Assembly: GCF_018350175.1 (NCBI RefSeq)
Contig: NC_058368.1
Coordinates: 15,564,001 to 15,628,000, forward strand
Source of the DNA: Felis catus
Taxonomy: Eukaryota
Reading direction: 5' to 3'
Length of the DNA stretch: 64,000 bases
The translations under genes and the position numbers were made by a program. Positions within the stretch are counted from its first letter, which is position 1. Every line of letters starts with the position of its first letter. The notes below the pieces were generated by a model. That model ran no database searches. It was not told the origin of the DNA and was given only the letters and a program-made list of their open reading frames with translations. Below are positions 27,520-41,610 of this stretch, piece by piece.

Positions 27520-28800
27520 AAAGGCATCATGTCCACCTTTTGAATGTTCCATTAGACTTTCATGTAGGTGAAAAACTTACTTAGAACTATCTGAGTTGAG
27601 AATCAAACTCTGGCTTATAGATCACCAAAACTATGATTGCATGCTGTTATATACTGAGGTCACAGGAATATAACTATCATATAAATTGAGGAAAGAATGT
27701 ACTTGGTGTTTGTTCAGAACTTTACCAAGTTGTTCCCATTTCAGAAAGTCAGGTCACCAAAGGAAGCACTGTATTTTAGTCACCAAAACAACACAACTGG
27801 ATTAGTCTGCATTTGTAGCTGTAGAATCATGGTGATTCTAAGTAAATGTACCAATTTCCTTATTTGGATCTTATTTCAAATGTCAGACATAAATTTAAAA
27901 TGTGGGCAAACATTCAGCTAAATATTTGAAATTGGGTTGTACAGTTTTTTGTACAAATGAACAGTCACCAATGCCTACTCTGCCAACTCGTTTTTCCTTT
28001 CTTTCTTTTTTTTCTTTTAGAGAGAGAGAGAGAGCACAAGTAGGGGAGAGGGGCAGAGGGAGAGGGAGAGAATCCCAAGCAGGCTCCATGCTCAGTGCAG
28101 AGCCCCATGCTGGGCTTGATCCCACAACCCTGGGATCATGACCCAAGGAAACTCAAGAGTCGGACACTCAACCAACTGAGCCAGCCAGATGCTCCTGCCA
28201 ACTCATTTTTCTAATCAAGCCAATAAACCCATCAAGATTAAGTGAATATTTTACAAAGGAATATGTTAATCCAACTGGAAAGACACATATATGTTTCACA
28301 CATATATATATTGAAAACTACTGAAAACTACAATACCATCACTGGAATGTTTGATAATGCTCTGTGCAAAAAAAGATAGGTCTCCTTGTTTCCTTCAAAG
28401 CAGTGTATGGCATGCTACACAACATTCAAGAACAATTAATCTTAATAGCTGTATAAAAGACTACTCTGAAGATGATAAAAAGAAATCATATTAAATGATT
28501 TCCTCTATTCCACTGCATTGTTGCCTTAAGAAGGTTACAAAAGGTGAAACCAACTGCATAATATAAATAAATCTTTATTACAAGTAGGTGAATGCATCCT
28601 GTCTCACAGAGAGCCTTCACCATTCTCATATGTCAAGTTTGCAAAGACAGAAAAAGTTGCAGAGAAAATGTTATTTTCAAATTGCTGACAGTGAATAAAA
28701 AAGAATTGTCAATTTTGAAATCCTCAAAATTACTTAAAAGAAAAAACATTTTTCCAACATTGTTGCTTATTAACAAATAGAGCATTAGTAATGATAGTCT
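27280..28800 (+). mobile_element. MER20B/Charlie-type hAT relic with internal (transposase-like) sequence, interrupted by (GAAA)n and Can-SINEs
   Basis: Starts cagtggctctcaa...ccccctaggaggcatt...gggatgctaaacacct and continues with catgtaggtgaaaa and gtctgcatttgtagctgt; downstream peptide KYLKLGCT resembles Charlie/Buster N-termini. Confidence 0.6.
27445..27520. repeat. (GAAA)n microsatellite
   Basis: Direct reading. Confidence 0.95.
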
Positions 28801-29029
28801 AGAGCCAATTTTAAAGTTTTTTTTTTTTTTAAATTTTGAGAGAGACAGAGTGCAAATGGGGAAGGGGCAGAGGAGAGAGGGAGACAGAGAATCCTGATTA
28901 AACTCATGAAACCGTGAGATCATGACCTGAGCCGAAACTAACAGTTGGATACTTAACCAACTGAGCCACCCAGGTGCCCCTAGAGCCAATTTTAAAAAGA
29001 CGCACACACATACACACAAAAACTTCATA

Positions 29030-30720
29030 AAAAAAATATCAGGACTTGTGGGTACCAGAGGCAGGAGATGAGAAAAGAGGGAATTGGAGGAAGGTGGTCA
29101 AAAGGTACAAACTTCCAGTTATAAGATAAATGTATAGTAGGGATCCAAAAGAAAACACAGGCAGTAATCTCTTGGACATGGGCCTTAGCAATGTATTTAT
29201 AGATATGTCTCCTCAGGCAAAAGAAACAAAAGCAAAAATAAACTATTGGGACTACACCAAAATAAAAAGCTTTTGCACAGCGAAGGAAATGATCAACAAA
29301 ACAAAACAGCAACCTACTGAATGGGAGAAGATATTTGCACATGACATTCCAGTAAGGAGTTAGTATCCAAAATATATAAGGAATTTATACAACTCAACAC
29401 CAAACAAACAAACAAAACAAATAGTCAAATTTAAAAGTGGGAAGACCTGAATAGACATTTTTCTAAAGAAGATACACAGATGGCCAACAGACACATGAAA
29501 TGATGCTGAACATCGTCCATCATCAGGAAAAGGCAAATCAAAATCACAGTGAAGTATCACCTCACACCAGTCAGTATGGCTAGGTTCACAAAGACAAGAA
29601 ATAACAAGTGTTGGCAAGGATGTGGCAAAAAGGGAACCCTTGTGCACTGTTGGTGGGAATATAAAATGGTGCAACCACTGTGGAAAACAGTATGGAGGTT
29701 CCTCAGAAAATTAAAAATAGAAATACCATATGATCCAGTAATTCCACTACTAGGTATTTATGCAAAGAAAACAAAAACATTAACTCCAAAAAATATACGC
29801 ACCTCTTTATTATGGCATTATTTATAATAGCCAAGATGTTGAAGCAACTGAAGTGTCTATCAAAAGATGAATGGAAAGAAGAGACAGTATATCTACCTAC
29901 CTATCAGTCAATATACCTATCTAAATCGATACACACACACACACACACAGTGGAATATTACAAAATATTACTTAGCTATAAGTAAATGAAATCTGGCCAT
30001 TTGCAACAACATGGATGGACCTAGAAGGTATTATCCTAAATGAAATAAGTCAGAGAAAGACAAATACCATATTATTTCATTTATAGGTAGAATCTAAAAA
30101 ACAAACAAGACTCTTAAGAAACAGACTCTTAAATACAGAGCACAAACTGGCGGTTGCCAGAGGGGAGGTAGGTGGGAGGATGGGCAAAATAAGTGAAAGG
30201 GATTAACAAATACAAACTTCCAGTTATAAAATAAATAAATTACAGAGATCAAAATTACAGCATAGGGAATATAAACAATAATACTGTAATATGTTGCATG
30301 GTGACAGATGGTGACTACACTTATGGTGAGCATCAAGTAATGCATAGAAATGTTGAATTACCATGGTGTACATCTGAAACTAATATAACATTGAATGTCA
30401 ACTATACTTCAGTAATAAATAAAAAAATAGTACTAAGGATGTTAAGTACAACATGTGACTATAGCTAACGCTGCTGTATGATATATAGGAAAGCAGTTAA
30501 GAGAGTAAATTATAAAAGTTCTTGTTACAAGGAAAAATTTTTTTCCTTTATTCTTTTCTTCTTTCTTTCCCTTTTATTGTATCTACATGAGAAGACGGAT
30601 GCTAGCTGAACCTCTTGTGGTAATCATTTCACAATAAAAGCAAATCAAGCCATTATGCTATATGCCTGAAACTTATACAGTGATGTGTGCCAATCACTTG
30701 TCAATAAAATTGGAAAAAAA
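29030..30720 (+). mobile_element. L1 fragment (~29140-30428) inserted into the 3' end of an older L1MA-type element
   Basis: ORF2-like [23 protein letters not shown]. The older L1 3' UTR stops at ~29140, resumes at ~30430 and ends in aataaaattggaaaaaaa. Confidence 0.8.
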
Positions 30721-31385
30721 TATGTAGCAGAAACACTTCTAAGTTTCCTTTTGCTTCTAAAACTTTATTATGCTATTAGTCTTAAAACTGTATTTAGTTC
30801 ATTAGAAAATAGTACTTCTTTCCATCTCCACACATTTAACACTGAACAAAAGGTACAATTATATGAAACCTGTATCTGTAGAGGAGTTCAGAAAATGAGC
30901 TTCAGAACACAAAGCTGCATGCTTTCTTCAGGAGTAAATCCAATGATACATGAAAGAATGTGTTGTTACTCTTAATTTCCTCAACATAGTGCTGAGCTTT
31001 GCCTGTATGTCAGGAATACTAGGACAATACGTGAGGCATTTCCTCATCTGCAGTCACTCTCCTTCACTGCCACAATGTATACCTTGTTGGGCTACCACCT
31101 GGAAGTATTTTTCAATTCAACTCATGCTTAACTCACAATTTATATTAAACTGTAATGGTCATTAGATCATGAGTTTGATGTGCTAAACTTATACTACTCA
31201 TCAAAATAAAAACATCAGTATCGGGGCGCCTGGGTGGCTCAGTTGGTTAAGTGTCTGACTTTGGCTCAGGTCATGGACTAGCAGTTCGTGAGTTCAAGCC
31301 CCACATCAGGCTCTGTGCTGACAGCTCAGATTCAGAGCCTGCTTCAGATTCTGTTTCTCCCTCTCTCTCTGTTCCTCCCATGCTT

Positions 31386-31423
<38 letters not shown>

Positions 31424-31482
31424 AAAAATAAAATAAAGATTAAAAAATAATTAAAAAAAAATAGAAACATTAGTATTAAAGT

Positions 31483-31484
<2 letters not shown>

Positions 31485-31536
<52 letters not shown>
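31485..31536. repeat. (TA)n microsatellite
   Basis: Direct reading. Confidence 0.95.
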
Positions 31537-31538
<2 letters not shown>

Positions 31539-32367
31539 TTTTATTAAAAAAAACCAACTGACTGAAGTGATAAATGATAGATATTACCTTGGGTAATTAC
31601 AGTTTTATGTTTGTTCATTTTTCTAGTAAATTCACATTACAATAAATGCCAATTCTGTATGCCAGTATTAGCAAAATTAAAAAGTCAAACTACGGAAATA
31701 TGGCTGTCCACATAACTAAACAAAATTTTTCTTGGAAATTAATTATGCTCATATAACTACACTTAAATTCTTAATTTAGTTGGGTATTGTGAGATCAGAT
31801 TTTTAAATTATATAATACATAATATCACAGATGCATGTAAAAATAATTTATTTCATAAATACATTTATACTTTCTATTTTTAATTTTTTTAAATGTTTAC
31901 TTTTGAGAGAGAGAGAGAGAGAGATAAAGTGTGAGCAGGGAGGAAGCAGAGAGAGAGGGAGACACAGAATCTGAAGCAGGCTCCAGGCTCTGAGTTGTCA
32001 ACACAGAGCCCAACATGGGGTTTGAACTCATGGACCATGATTATCATGACCTGAGCTGAAGTCAGAAGCTTAATCAACTGAGCCACCCAGGCACCCCTAT
32101 ACATTTCTACTTTCTAATGTGTTCTGATTTACTATGTATCATTAGTATCCCTGGTAAATATCAGTTTGCATACAGTAACTGGGGTGCATTATATATACCT
32201 AATACTTAAATTGAAGTATTGATTTTTCATAAAATATATGTTCTAAATAGAAGACACAAGGTATGTATTTTGTATACCTTATACTAAATGGTAACTATAC
32301 CTGCAAACATGAATATTAAAGAAAATTAGGAAAAAAGAAACACCAAATGTTTAAAATTTTTTTAATG

Positions 32368-32398
<31 letters not shown>

Positions 32399-34069
32399 CC
32401 AGAGAGGGGCAGAGAGAGAGGGAGAGAGAATCCCAAGCAGGGTTCACGCTGTCAGCACAGAGCCGAACATGGGGCTTGATCTCATGAACCATGAGATCAT
32501 GACCTGAGCTGAAATCAAGAGTTGGATGCTTAACCAACTGAGCCACCCAGGCACCCTGCACCAAATGTTTTTAAAAAGTCATTTCATTATTCATCAGCAA
32601 TACTTAATTACTAATAATTATTGAAATAAATTCCATGAATCAATGAATGTTCAAATCCTTTCAATAATAGATTACCCATAATCTATCAAATGTCCATGAA
32701 GGGTCTGAATGTCTTATCCAAATAAGATGGTTCTCCAACAAATTTTTAAAAAGATTTGGCTCACATTATGGACTTCTGTGGAATTTCTGATATAACCAAT
32801 GAAAAGATAAATATCAAATTTGAAATAATGCAAAAGAGTGAGGTGTATCTTCCAAGTCATATTTGAAAAGGCCTTTCTCTTTATTCAATTTATAATTATT
32901 TTAATTTATATTTTATATATTAATATGTATATTTTTAAATATACAGAAAAACTAAAAGTCCAGGGCAATAAACATCCATATCCCCACTACCCAGATTCAA
33001 TAATCGTTAAGTATTTTACCATAATTGGTTCCTATATGTATTTTTTGGCTAAAACATTTCAAAGTAAAAATGTAGATATCATGCCACTTTACCCCTAAAT
33101 TCTCAAGCATAAATCTCTTACATATAAGGATATTCTCTTACATAGCCACAACAGCATTATCACATCCCCAAAATTTGGAATAATTGTCTAACGTCATTTT
33201 CAAATGTCTCCAGTTGTCCCCCAAAAAATACCTTTTATAATTGTTTTTTTGTTGGTTGTTTTTAATGGGAATCTAATCAAAGTTCATACTTTGCATTTGT
33301 TATATAACTCTTCCAGTCTCCTTCAATCTAGAAAATTTCTTAAACCTATTTTTAAAGAAAAAAAATTACAAAATTGACTTTCTTCCACTAGGCCACTTGT
33401 GTTTTACAATTCCACATTCTGGATGTTTCCAGTTTGTCTCCTCAGGGTGCGGTTTAACTTATTCCTCCCTCTCTCCCCTGTAAATGGGAAATTTTTTCTA
33501 TAGGTTTAATTAGACTCATGCTCAACATTTTGGGCAGAATACATCATATATGATGTTTTGATGTTTATCCTTCATTTTCACTCACATAGGAGATGGGAAA
33601 GAGCAAGTCTTCCTCTATTAAACTAATGCTATCACATGGGTAAGGAGAGATAGTCAGATCTTTCCATTGCAAAGGTACATTTATAGCATCAATGAGCTCC
33701 TTCTTAAACTTTAAGGAAAAGGGACCAATCTTATTCAAGTTGAAGGGAATTCTCATGGCTCTTTCAACAAATGAAATAGTTAAAAATAACCTTGCTCACT
33801 TGGGACTTTTATAGTTTTTAGCTTTGTAGTGTAATCTATCTAACATGAGGACAGATTAAAAGATACTTGACTCTGAAATATACTGCTCTCATTTGGATGC
33901 AATGATAATTAGACTTAAAGACAGTTAACATTTTACAATAGCAGATTGGGTGGTTTTAAACAGATGTGGAATATGTCAGCCAGCGTTTTCAAAAGAAATT
34001 AATTGATCTTCAAAAGAACCTGAGGACAAACCATGGTTTAATCAATCTAATTAAAAACGTTAGAATCCA

Positions 34070-34305
34070 GGGGCGCCTGGGTGGCGCAGTCGGTTAAGCG
34101 TCCGACTTCAGCCAGGTCACGATCTCGCGCTCCGTGAGTTCGAGCCCCGCGTCAGGCTCTGGGCTGATGGCTCGGAGCCTGGAGCCTGTTTCCGATTCTG
34201 TGTCTCCCTCTCTCTCTGCCCCTCCCCCGTTCATGCTCTGTCTCTCTCTGTCCCAAAAATAAATAAACGTTGGAAAAAAAAAATTTAAAAAAAAAAACAA
34301 AAAAA
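34070..34305 (+). mobile_element. Young cat-type Can-SINE
   Basis: CpG-intact body; perfect TSD aaaaacgttagaatcca. Confidence 0.93.
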
Positions 34306-35814
34306 AAACGTTAGAATCCAGCCAAGACTTTCACATCTACATGTCTGAAAACAAGCTAAATTATGGCAGCATTTCCTGCTATCTATATAGTTGAGAGTGG
34401 GTTTAGTCAGTGTGCTTACTGCAAGTCATGAAAACCAATTACAAAGATGAAACAGAACATTTTAAGCTAACTTTAATAGGCTTAGTAAAAATATTAAAAC
34501 ATAGATATCTCACTGAATTTCAATGAAAGACAGTTCTCAAATATTTCATATTCTTATATGTTAAAAAGTTTTACATACTCTTATAAGATATATGTTATAA
34601 ACCTACATTTATTTTGTAAGTTTATTGTTTATTGAAATTATGTGTTTATTTTTGGGTTACTTGTTGGGTTTTTTTGTTTGTTTGCTTAAGTTTTCTATGT
34701 AACTCTAATAGGGAGTTCCCAGAGAGAGGTATAGTCCCTCCATAGCCTCTTGTATGACTATTTCCTTTACTAGTCTATTTTGTATTCATTGTTGCTTATT
34801 AGAGAATAGACTTTGACATATTTTTAATTTCTGGAAGCTGGATGTATAACTCAATAAATTCTGGAATTTTTAGATAGAATAAATGTTTTCCGAGATACTC
34901 TTACTAGCACTCCATGTCATAATACAGAAAACTATTTCACCCTTCATTTATAAGTTAATGGCCAAATCATTCTTTGTCATTTTCCTTTGACAGCCCATAA
35001 TTTCTCTTTGCATGTTTTCCTTACTAAAATTAAATGTTTCTCCCTCTTTTCTATCATATACAAACTAGTCTGGTTTGTTTTAGCTTATCCTAAACTATTT
35101 CTATTCTGGGATCCACACATGCCTGTGCTCTTTTTTTGTTCCTTTGTAAGGAAAAACTTCTAACCTTCTTATTCATTCATTATTTATTTTTAATGTTTGC
35201 TTATTAATTTTTTAGAGAGAGGGAAAGCACAAGCAGGGGAGGGGCAGAGAGAGACACACATTCACATAGAATCTGAAGCAGGCTCCAGGCTCTGAGCTGT
35301 CAGCTCAGAACCCGATGCAGGGCTTGAACCCACAAACTATGAGATCATAACCTGAGCTGAAGTCAGATGCTTAACCAGCTGAGCCACCCAGGCACCTCTC
35401 TTATTCATTTCAGTAAATTAAAGCATTGACTACATCATTGTATTTTCCAACCTAATTGTGCCTGAAAATTTAAATGCTGGATACACACATTATTTGATAA
35501 TATATTATTCTTTTTATGTCCCTTTTATATCACATTTAGGACAATGTTGATTTTCCTTAATTGTGGTAAAATATATATAACATAAAATTTCCCATCTTAA
35601 CTGTTAGTGTTAAATATATTCACATTGTTGTCCAACCAACCTTCAGAACATTGGTTTTGCAAAACTGAAACTCTATACCCATTAAACATCTCCCCATTCC
35701 TCCCTGCCCCAGCCCCTGAGGACAATGTTTTTAAAATTATATGCATAAGTAAATTACATTAAGTGTTAATTAAAATTTCACTTGGGATAGAGAAGAAATT
35801 TTACAAACTATTTG

Positions 35815-35946
35815 TAGAAAGAAAGAAGAAAGAAGGAAAGAAAGGAAGGGAGAAAGGAAGAAAGGAAGGGAGAAAGAAAGAAAGAAAAAAAAAGAGAAAA
35901 AGAAAAAGAAAGAAAGAGGAGGGAACAAAAAAGAAAGAAAAAGAGA
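35815..35946. repeat. Polypurine (GA-rich) low-complexity tract
   Basis: About 130 nt of almost exclusively A/G. Confidence 0.9.
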
Positions 35947-35963
35947 CCTTGGGTCTAACACTG

Positions 35964-36682
35964 TGTGATGGTTAATTTTATGTATCAAGTTGACTGGGCT
36001 AAGGGATACCCAGATAGCTGGTAAAACATCATTTGTGCATGTGTACGTGAAGGTGTTTCTGGAAGAGTTAACATCTGAATCAGTAGATTGGGTAAAGAAT
36101 ATTGCCCTGGGGTGCCTGGGTGGCTCAGTCGGTTGAGCATCCGACTTCCGGCTCAGGTCACGATCTCGAGGTCCGTGAGTTCCAGCCCCGCGTCGGGCTC
36201 TGGGCTGATGGCTCAGAGCCTGGAGCCTACTTCCGATTTTGTGTCTCCCTCTCTCTCTGCCCCTCCCCCATTCATGCTCTGTCTCTCTCTGTCTCAAAAA
36301 TAAATAAATGCTAAAAAAAAAAAATAAAAAAAAAAAAGAATATTGCCCTTACCAATGTGAGCAGGCACTAGCCAATACATTGAAGGCCTGAACAGAAAAG
36401 AGGCCAAGAAAGGGTCAGTTTGCACTCTCTATTGACTTGGGACACCCATTTTTCCTGCTCTAGGTCATTGATGCTCCTGATTCTCTGATCTTGTAACCTA
36501 GATGGAATTATAGCACCAGCTCTCCTGGTTCTCTAGCTGGCAGACAGTAGATCATAGGACTTCTCAGCCTCCATAACTGTGTGAGCCATTTCTATAATAA
36601 ATATACAGTATTATATATAAAAATACATACCACATTACATGTCCTATTGGTTCTATTTTTCGGAAGAACTCTGACTAATACA
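35964..36682 (+). mobile_element. ERVL MLT2 solo LTR interrupted by a Can-SINE (36108-36338)
   Basis: Starts tgtgatggttaattttatgtatcaa and ends tcctattggttct...ctgactaataca; the SINE has TSD aaagaatattgccct. Confidence 0.85.
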
Positions 36683-36790
36683 CAGGGTGAAGGACCACTA
36701 CTCTAAACTACTTGAGGGAAGAGTGTCTTATTTATCTTGGTATTTCCAAGGCTTATAACACTGTGTAAATAATAGAAGCTCAATGAATAT

Positions 36791-37412
36791 TGTTAAAAAC
36801 AAACCACATACCCCCAAACAGCTTCACTTAGATTAAGGTCCCAAGTCAGAAAACCAAGACTTAATATCTAACCTAACTGCAGTTTCAGCCCACCGGAAAT
36901 ATAACCTTTAACCAGTCAACATAGGGATTTCCTGGTCAGCGCTAGGAAATTTACAGATAGACCCCTTCCACTCCCCTTAGGAAGGTGACTTTGCCTAAAA
37001 CAATGGCATCTTGCTAATACAGTAAAATCTTGGTTTGTGAGCATAATTCACTCCGGAAACATGCTTGTAATCCAAAGCACTCGTGTATCAAAGCAAGTGT
37101 CAAGAACCATTGGCCCAGTTGTGATCATGTGATGTTCAGCGTCACATGCTACTCATATTGCAAGACATTGCTCGTTTATCAAGTTAAAATTTATTAGAAA
37201 TGTTTGCTCGTCTTGCAGAACACTCACAGAACAAGTTACTTGCAATCTAAGGTTTTACTGTAATTGCTTTTTTCCATTCCCTCTCTACCATTAAAAACCT
37301 TTCCTTTTCTGTAGCCCTTTGGAACTTCCCTCTACTTGCTAGAGGGGATGCTGCCTGATTCATGACTAGAGTAATAAAACCAATTATATATTAAAAATTT
37401 ATTCAGTTAACA
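36791..37412 (+). mobile_element. Probable ERV1-class solo LTR containing a DNA-transposon MITE
   Basis: Inverted termini TGTTAA...TTAACA, AATAAA near the 3' end, approximate 4-bp TSD atat/gtat. Confidence 0.65.
37020..37260. mobile_element. 241-bp Tc1/mariner (Tigger/pogo-like) MITE
   Basis: TA target duplication on both sides; terminal inverted repeats cagtaaaatcttggtttgtgag / cttgcaatctaaggttttactg. Confidence 0.85.
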
Positions 37413-38339
37413 GTATTTATTGAAAAAATGAATTATTGATATACTTAGTGAAAGGAATCAGTCACAAAATACCACACTTTGTATGATACCATGTAATTAA
37501 ATGTCTAGAATATGAAAATCAATAAAGAAGTAGATTAGTGGTTACCTAGGGCTGGGGAAGAGAAGAGAGGAGAAAAAGAATAGGTAGTGACTGCTAGTAG
37601 ATATGAGGTTTATTTTCAAATTGATAAAAATGTTCTAAAATTAGATTATGGTGATGATTACACAACTCTAAATATACTTTAAAAAGGTTGAAATGTATAC
37701 TTAAAGTGGGTGAACTTCATGGTATGTAAATTGTATCTCAAAATTTTTTTCAAAAAGAATTAGTGACTGAATAAATTGTACAATGTGTAGTTCCCATCCT
37801 TGACAAGTCATCTAGAACTCTATCAAAAGTCTGACCAATTATGGTTTTATAATTTCATTTGAAATGCCAGGTATTTTCAGATTATCAGATACACAAATGC
37901 ATTTTATATCCAAAGCAAAATATAAATTCCAATTTTATTTTACTTAACCATTCAGAACAAACTTTATTCAATGCACCAATTCATCAGCATGGTGTGAATT
38001 CAAGAGAAGGGAAATATGGAGTAATTTCCTCCTATATCAATAACTTACATGAAGTTCAAACAAGAAAATTATACTTAAGAAGTAAGGAATAACTTGTCCA
38101 AGGTAGATACCTTGCAGGCAGAGCTCCATGGAAACCTGTTACAGCCAACTGCATAAGGAATAAAAACCCTGTCCAGTCACAACGATTGGATTCTCACCTC
38201 TATATCACCTCAGGAGAAGCTGGTGCATCCCTAGCTGAGCTGGAGTCAAGGTTCTGCTGAGTCACACTACCACTGGATCTTAGTTCCTGACCATACCATG
38301 CTGGTGCCCAATGCTTGCAATTTAAAGCCTCATAGCTAC

Positions 38340-41300
38340 ATACTACACTATATGTTAACTAACTTGAGTTTAAATTAAAAGAAAAAAAAAGCATTTGACA
38401 AAGTACAACATCCATTCATGATAAAAACTCTCACAAAGTAGGTTTAGAGGGACTTCTCTAAAGAAGACATCTGGATGGCCAACAGGCACATGAAAAGATG
38501 CTCAACGTCGCTCCTCATCAGGGAAATACAAATCAAAACCACACTCAGATATTACCTCACGCCAGTCAGAGTGGCTAAAATGAACAAATCAGGAGACTAT
38601 AGATGCTGGAGAGGATGTGGAGAAACGGGAACCCTCTTGCACTGTTGGTGGGAATGCAAATTGGTGCAGCCACTCTGGAAAACAGTGTGGAGGTTCCTCA
38701 AAAAATTAAAAATATACCTACCCTATGACCCAGCAATAGCATTGCTAGGAATTTACCCAAGGGATACAGGAGTGCTGATGCATAGGGGCACTTGTACCCC
38801 AATGTTTATAGCAGCACTCTCAACAATAGCCAAATTATGGAAAGAGCCTAAATGTCCATCAACTGATGCATGGATAAAGAAATTGTGGTTTATAGACACA
38901 ATGAAGTACTACGTGGCAATGAGAAAGAATGAAATATGGCCCTTTGTAGCAACATGGACACTGGAGAGTGTTATGCTAAGTGAAATAAGCCATACAGAGA
39001 AAGACAGATACCATATGGTTTCACTCTTATGTGGATCCTGAGAAACTTAACAGAAACCCATGAGGGAGGGGAAGGAAAAAAAAAAAGAGGTTAGAGTGGG
39101 AGAGAGCCAAAGCATAAGAGACTGTTAAAAACTGAGAACAAACTGAGGGTTGATGGGGGGTGGGAGGGAGGGGAGGGTGAGTGATGGGTATTGAGGAGGG
39201 CACCTTTTGGGATGAGCACTGGGTGTTGTATGGAAACGAATTTGACAATAAACTTCATGTATTGGAAAAAAAAAAGGCAAAAACTCAAAAAAAAATTTAA
39301 AAAAAACAACAAAAAAACCAAAGTAGGTTTATAGGGAACATATCCCAACATAATAAAGGCCATATACGAAAACCCCACAGCTAACATCATATTCAATGTT
39401 GAAAAAAACTTCAAGCTTTTTCTTTAAGATCAGGAATAAGACAAGGATATACACTCTCCCCACTACTATTCAGCACGGTACTGGAAGTCCTGGCTACAGC
39501 AACTAACAAAAATAAATAAAAGACATCCAAATTGGTAAGAAAGAAGTCAAACTTTCACTATTTGCAGATGACATGATACTATATACAGAAAACCCTAAAG
39601 ACTCCATCAAAAAAACTACTAGAAATGATAAATGAGTTTAGTAAGGCCACAGGATACAAAATCAATATACAGAAATCTATTCTATTTCTATGCAGTAATA
39701 ATGAAGTAGAAGAAAGAGAAACTAAGAAAATAGTTCCATTTACAATTGCACCAAAAATAACAAAATATCTAGAAATAAACTTAACCAAGCAGGTGAAAGA
39801 CCTGTGCTCTGAAAACAATAAAACACTGATGGAAGCAATTGAAGTCAACACAAACAAATAGAAAGATATCCCATGCTATGGACTGCAAGAACAAATACTG
39901 TTAAAATGTCCATAACTACCCAAAGCAATCTACAGATTTAATGCAATCAAAATACCAACAGCATTTTCACAGAACATGAATAATCCTAAAATTTGAATGG
40001 AACCACAAAAGATCCCAAATAATCAAAGCAATATTTTTTTAAAATTTTTAATGTTTATTTATTTTTGAGAGAGAGAGATAGAGTACAAGTGGGGGAAGGG
40101 CAGAGAGAGATGGGGAGACACAGAATTCAAAGCAGGCTGCAGGCTGAGATGGCAGCACAGAGCCTAACTCAGGGCTTGAACTCACAAGCTGGGAGATAAT
40201 GACCTGATCCAAAGTTGGATGCCCAACCAACTAAGCCACCCAGGCACCCCCCAAAATAGTCAAAGAAATGTTGAAAAGGAACTAAACTGGAGGCATCACA
40301 ATCCCCAGTTTCAAGATATAATATAAAGCTGTAGTATACAAAACAATATGGCACCAGCACAAAAACAGACATACAGATCAATAGAACAGAACAGAAAGCC
40401 CATAAATAAACCCACAATTATATGATCAATTTATCTGTGACAAAGGAGTCAAGAATATGCAATGGGAAAAAGATGGTCTCTTCAACGCATAGTATTGGGA
40501 AAACTGGACAGCTACACACAAAGAATGAAAGTGGACCACTGTCTTACACCATACACAAAAACAGACTCAAAGTGGATTAAAAACTTAAATATTAAGACCT
40601 GAAACCATAGGTTTCATGTTCATAGGTTATGTTTATAGAAAAAAAAACATGGGTAGTCATTTTTCTGACATTGGTCACAGCAACATTTTTCTAGATATGT
40701 CTCCTGAGGCAAGGAAAACAAAAGCAAAAATAAACTATTGGGACTACATCAAAATAAACATCTTCTGCACAACAAAGGAAACAATCAATAAAGCTAAAAG
40801 ACAACCTATTGAATAGGAAAAGATATCTGCAAATGAGTACCTGAAAAAGGTTGGTATCCAAAATACATAAAGAAATTTTACAACTCAACACCAAAAACTA
40901 AATAATCCCATTAAAAACTGGGCAGAAGACATGAACAGACATTTCTCCAAAGAAGACATACAGATGGCCAACCAAAAGAGGCTCAATATCACTCATCATC
41001 AGGGAAATACAAATCAAAACTACAGTGATGGGGTGTCTGGCAGGCCCTGTTGGTTAAGCATCCCAACTCTTGATTTTGGCTCAACTCATGATCTCATGGT
41101 TCAGTTCATGGGATCAAGTCCTGTGTCAGCACAGAGCCTGCTTGGATTCTGTCTCTCTCTCTCTCTCTCTGCCCCTCCCTCACTTCTGTGTGCATGTGTG
41201 CTCTCTCTCAAAATAAATAAATAAACAAACTTAAAAATGAAAAAAAAAAAAACCCACAGTGAGATACCACCTCACACAGTTAGAATGGCTAAAATCAAAA

Positions 41301-41579
41301 CCACAAGAAATAATAAGTGTTGTTGAGGATGTGGAGAAAAAAAGAACACTCGTACACTTTGGTGGGAATGCAAATTTGTGTAGCCACTATGGAAAACAGT
41401 ATGAAGGCTCTTCAAAAATTAAAAATACAACTATCATATGATCCTGTTAATTCTCCTCCTGGGTATTTACCCAAAGAATATGAAAATACTAATTAGAAAA
41501 GATATATGCATCTTATGTTTATTGCAGCATTATTTACAATAGCCAAATTATGAAAGCAATAGAGGAATGGATAAAGAAG

Positions 41580-41610
<31 letters not shown>

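Noticed and set aside
35763..35975. Lys/Arg/Glu-rich ORF
   Set aside because: It is the translation of a polypurine low-complexity tract.
38475..39041. 188-aa ORF as a host gene
   Set aside because: It is the C-terminus of L1 ORF2 in a 5'-truncated insertion.
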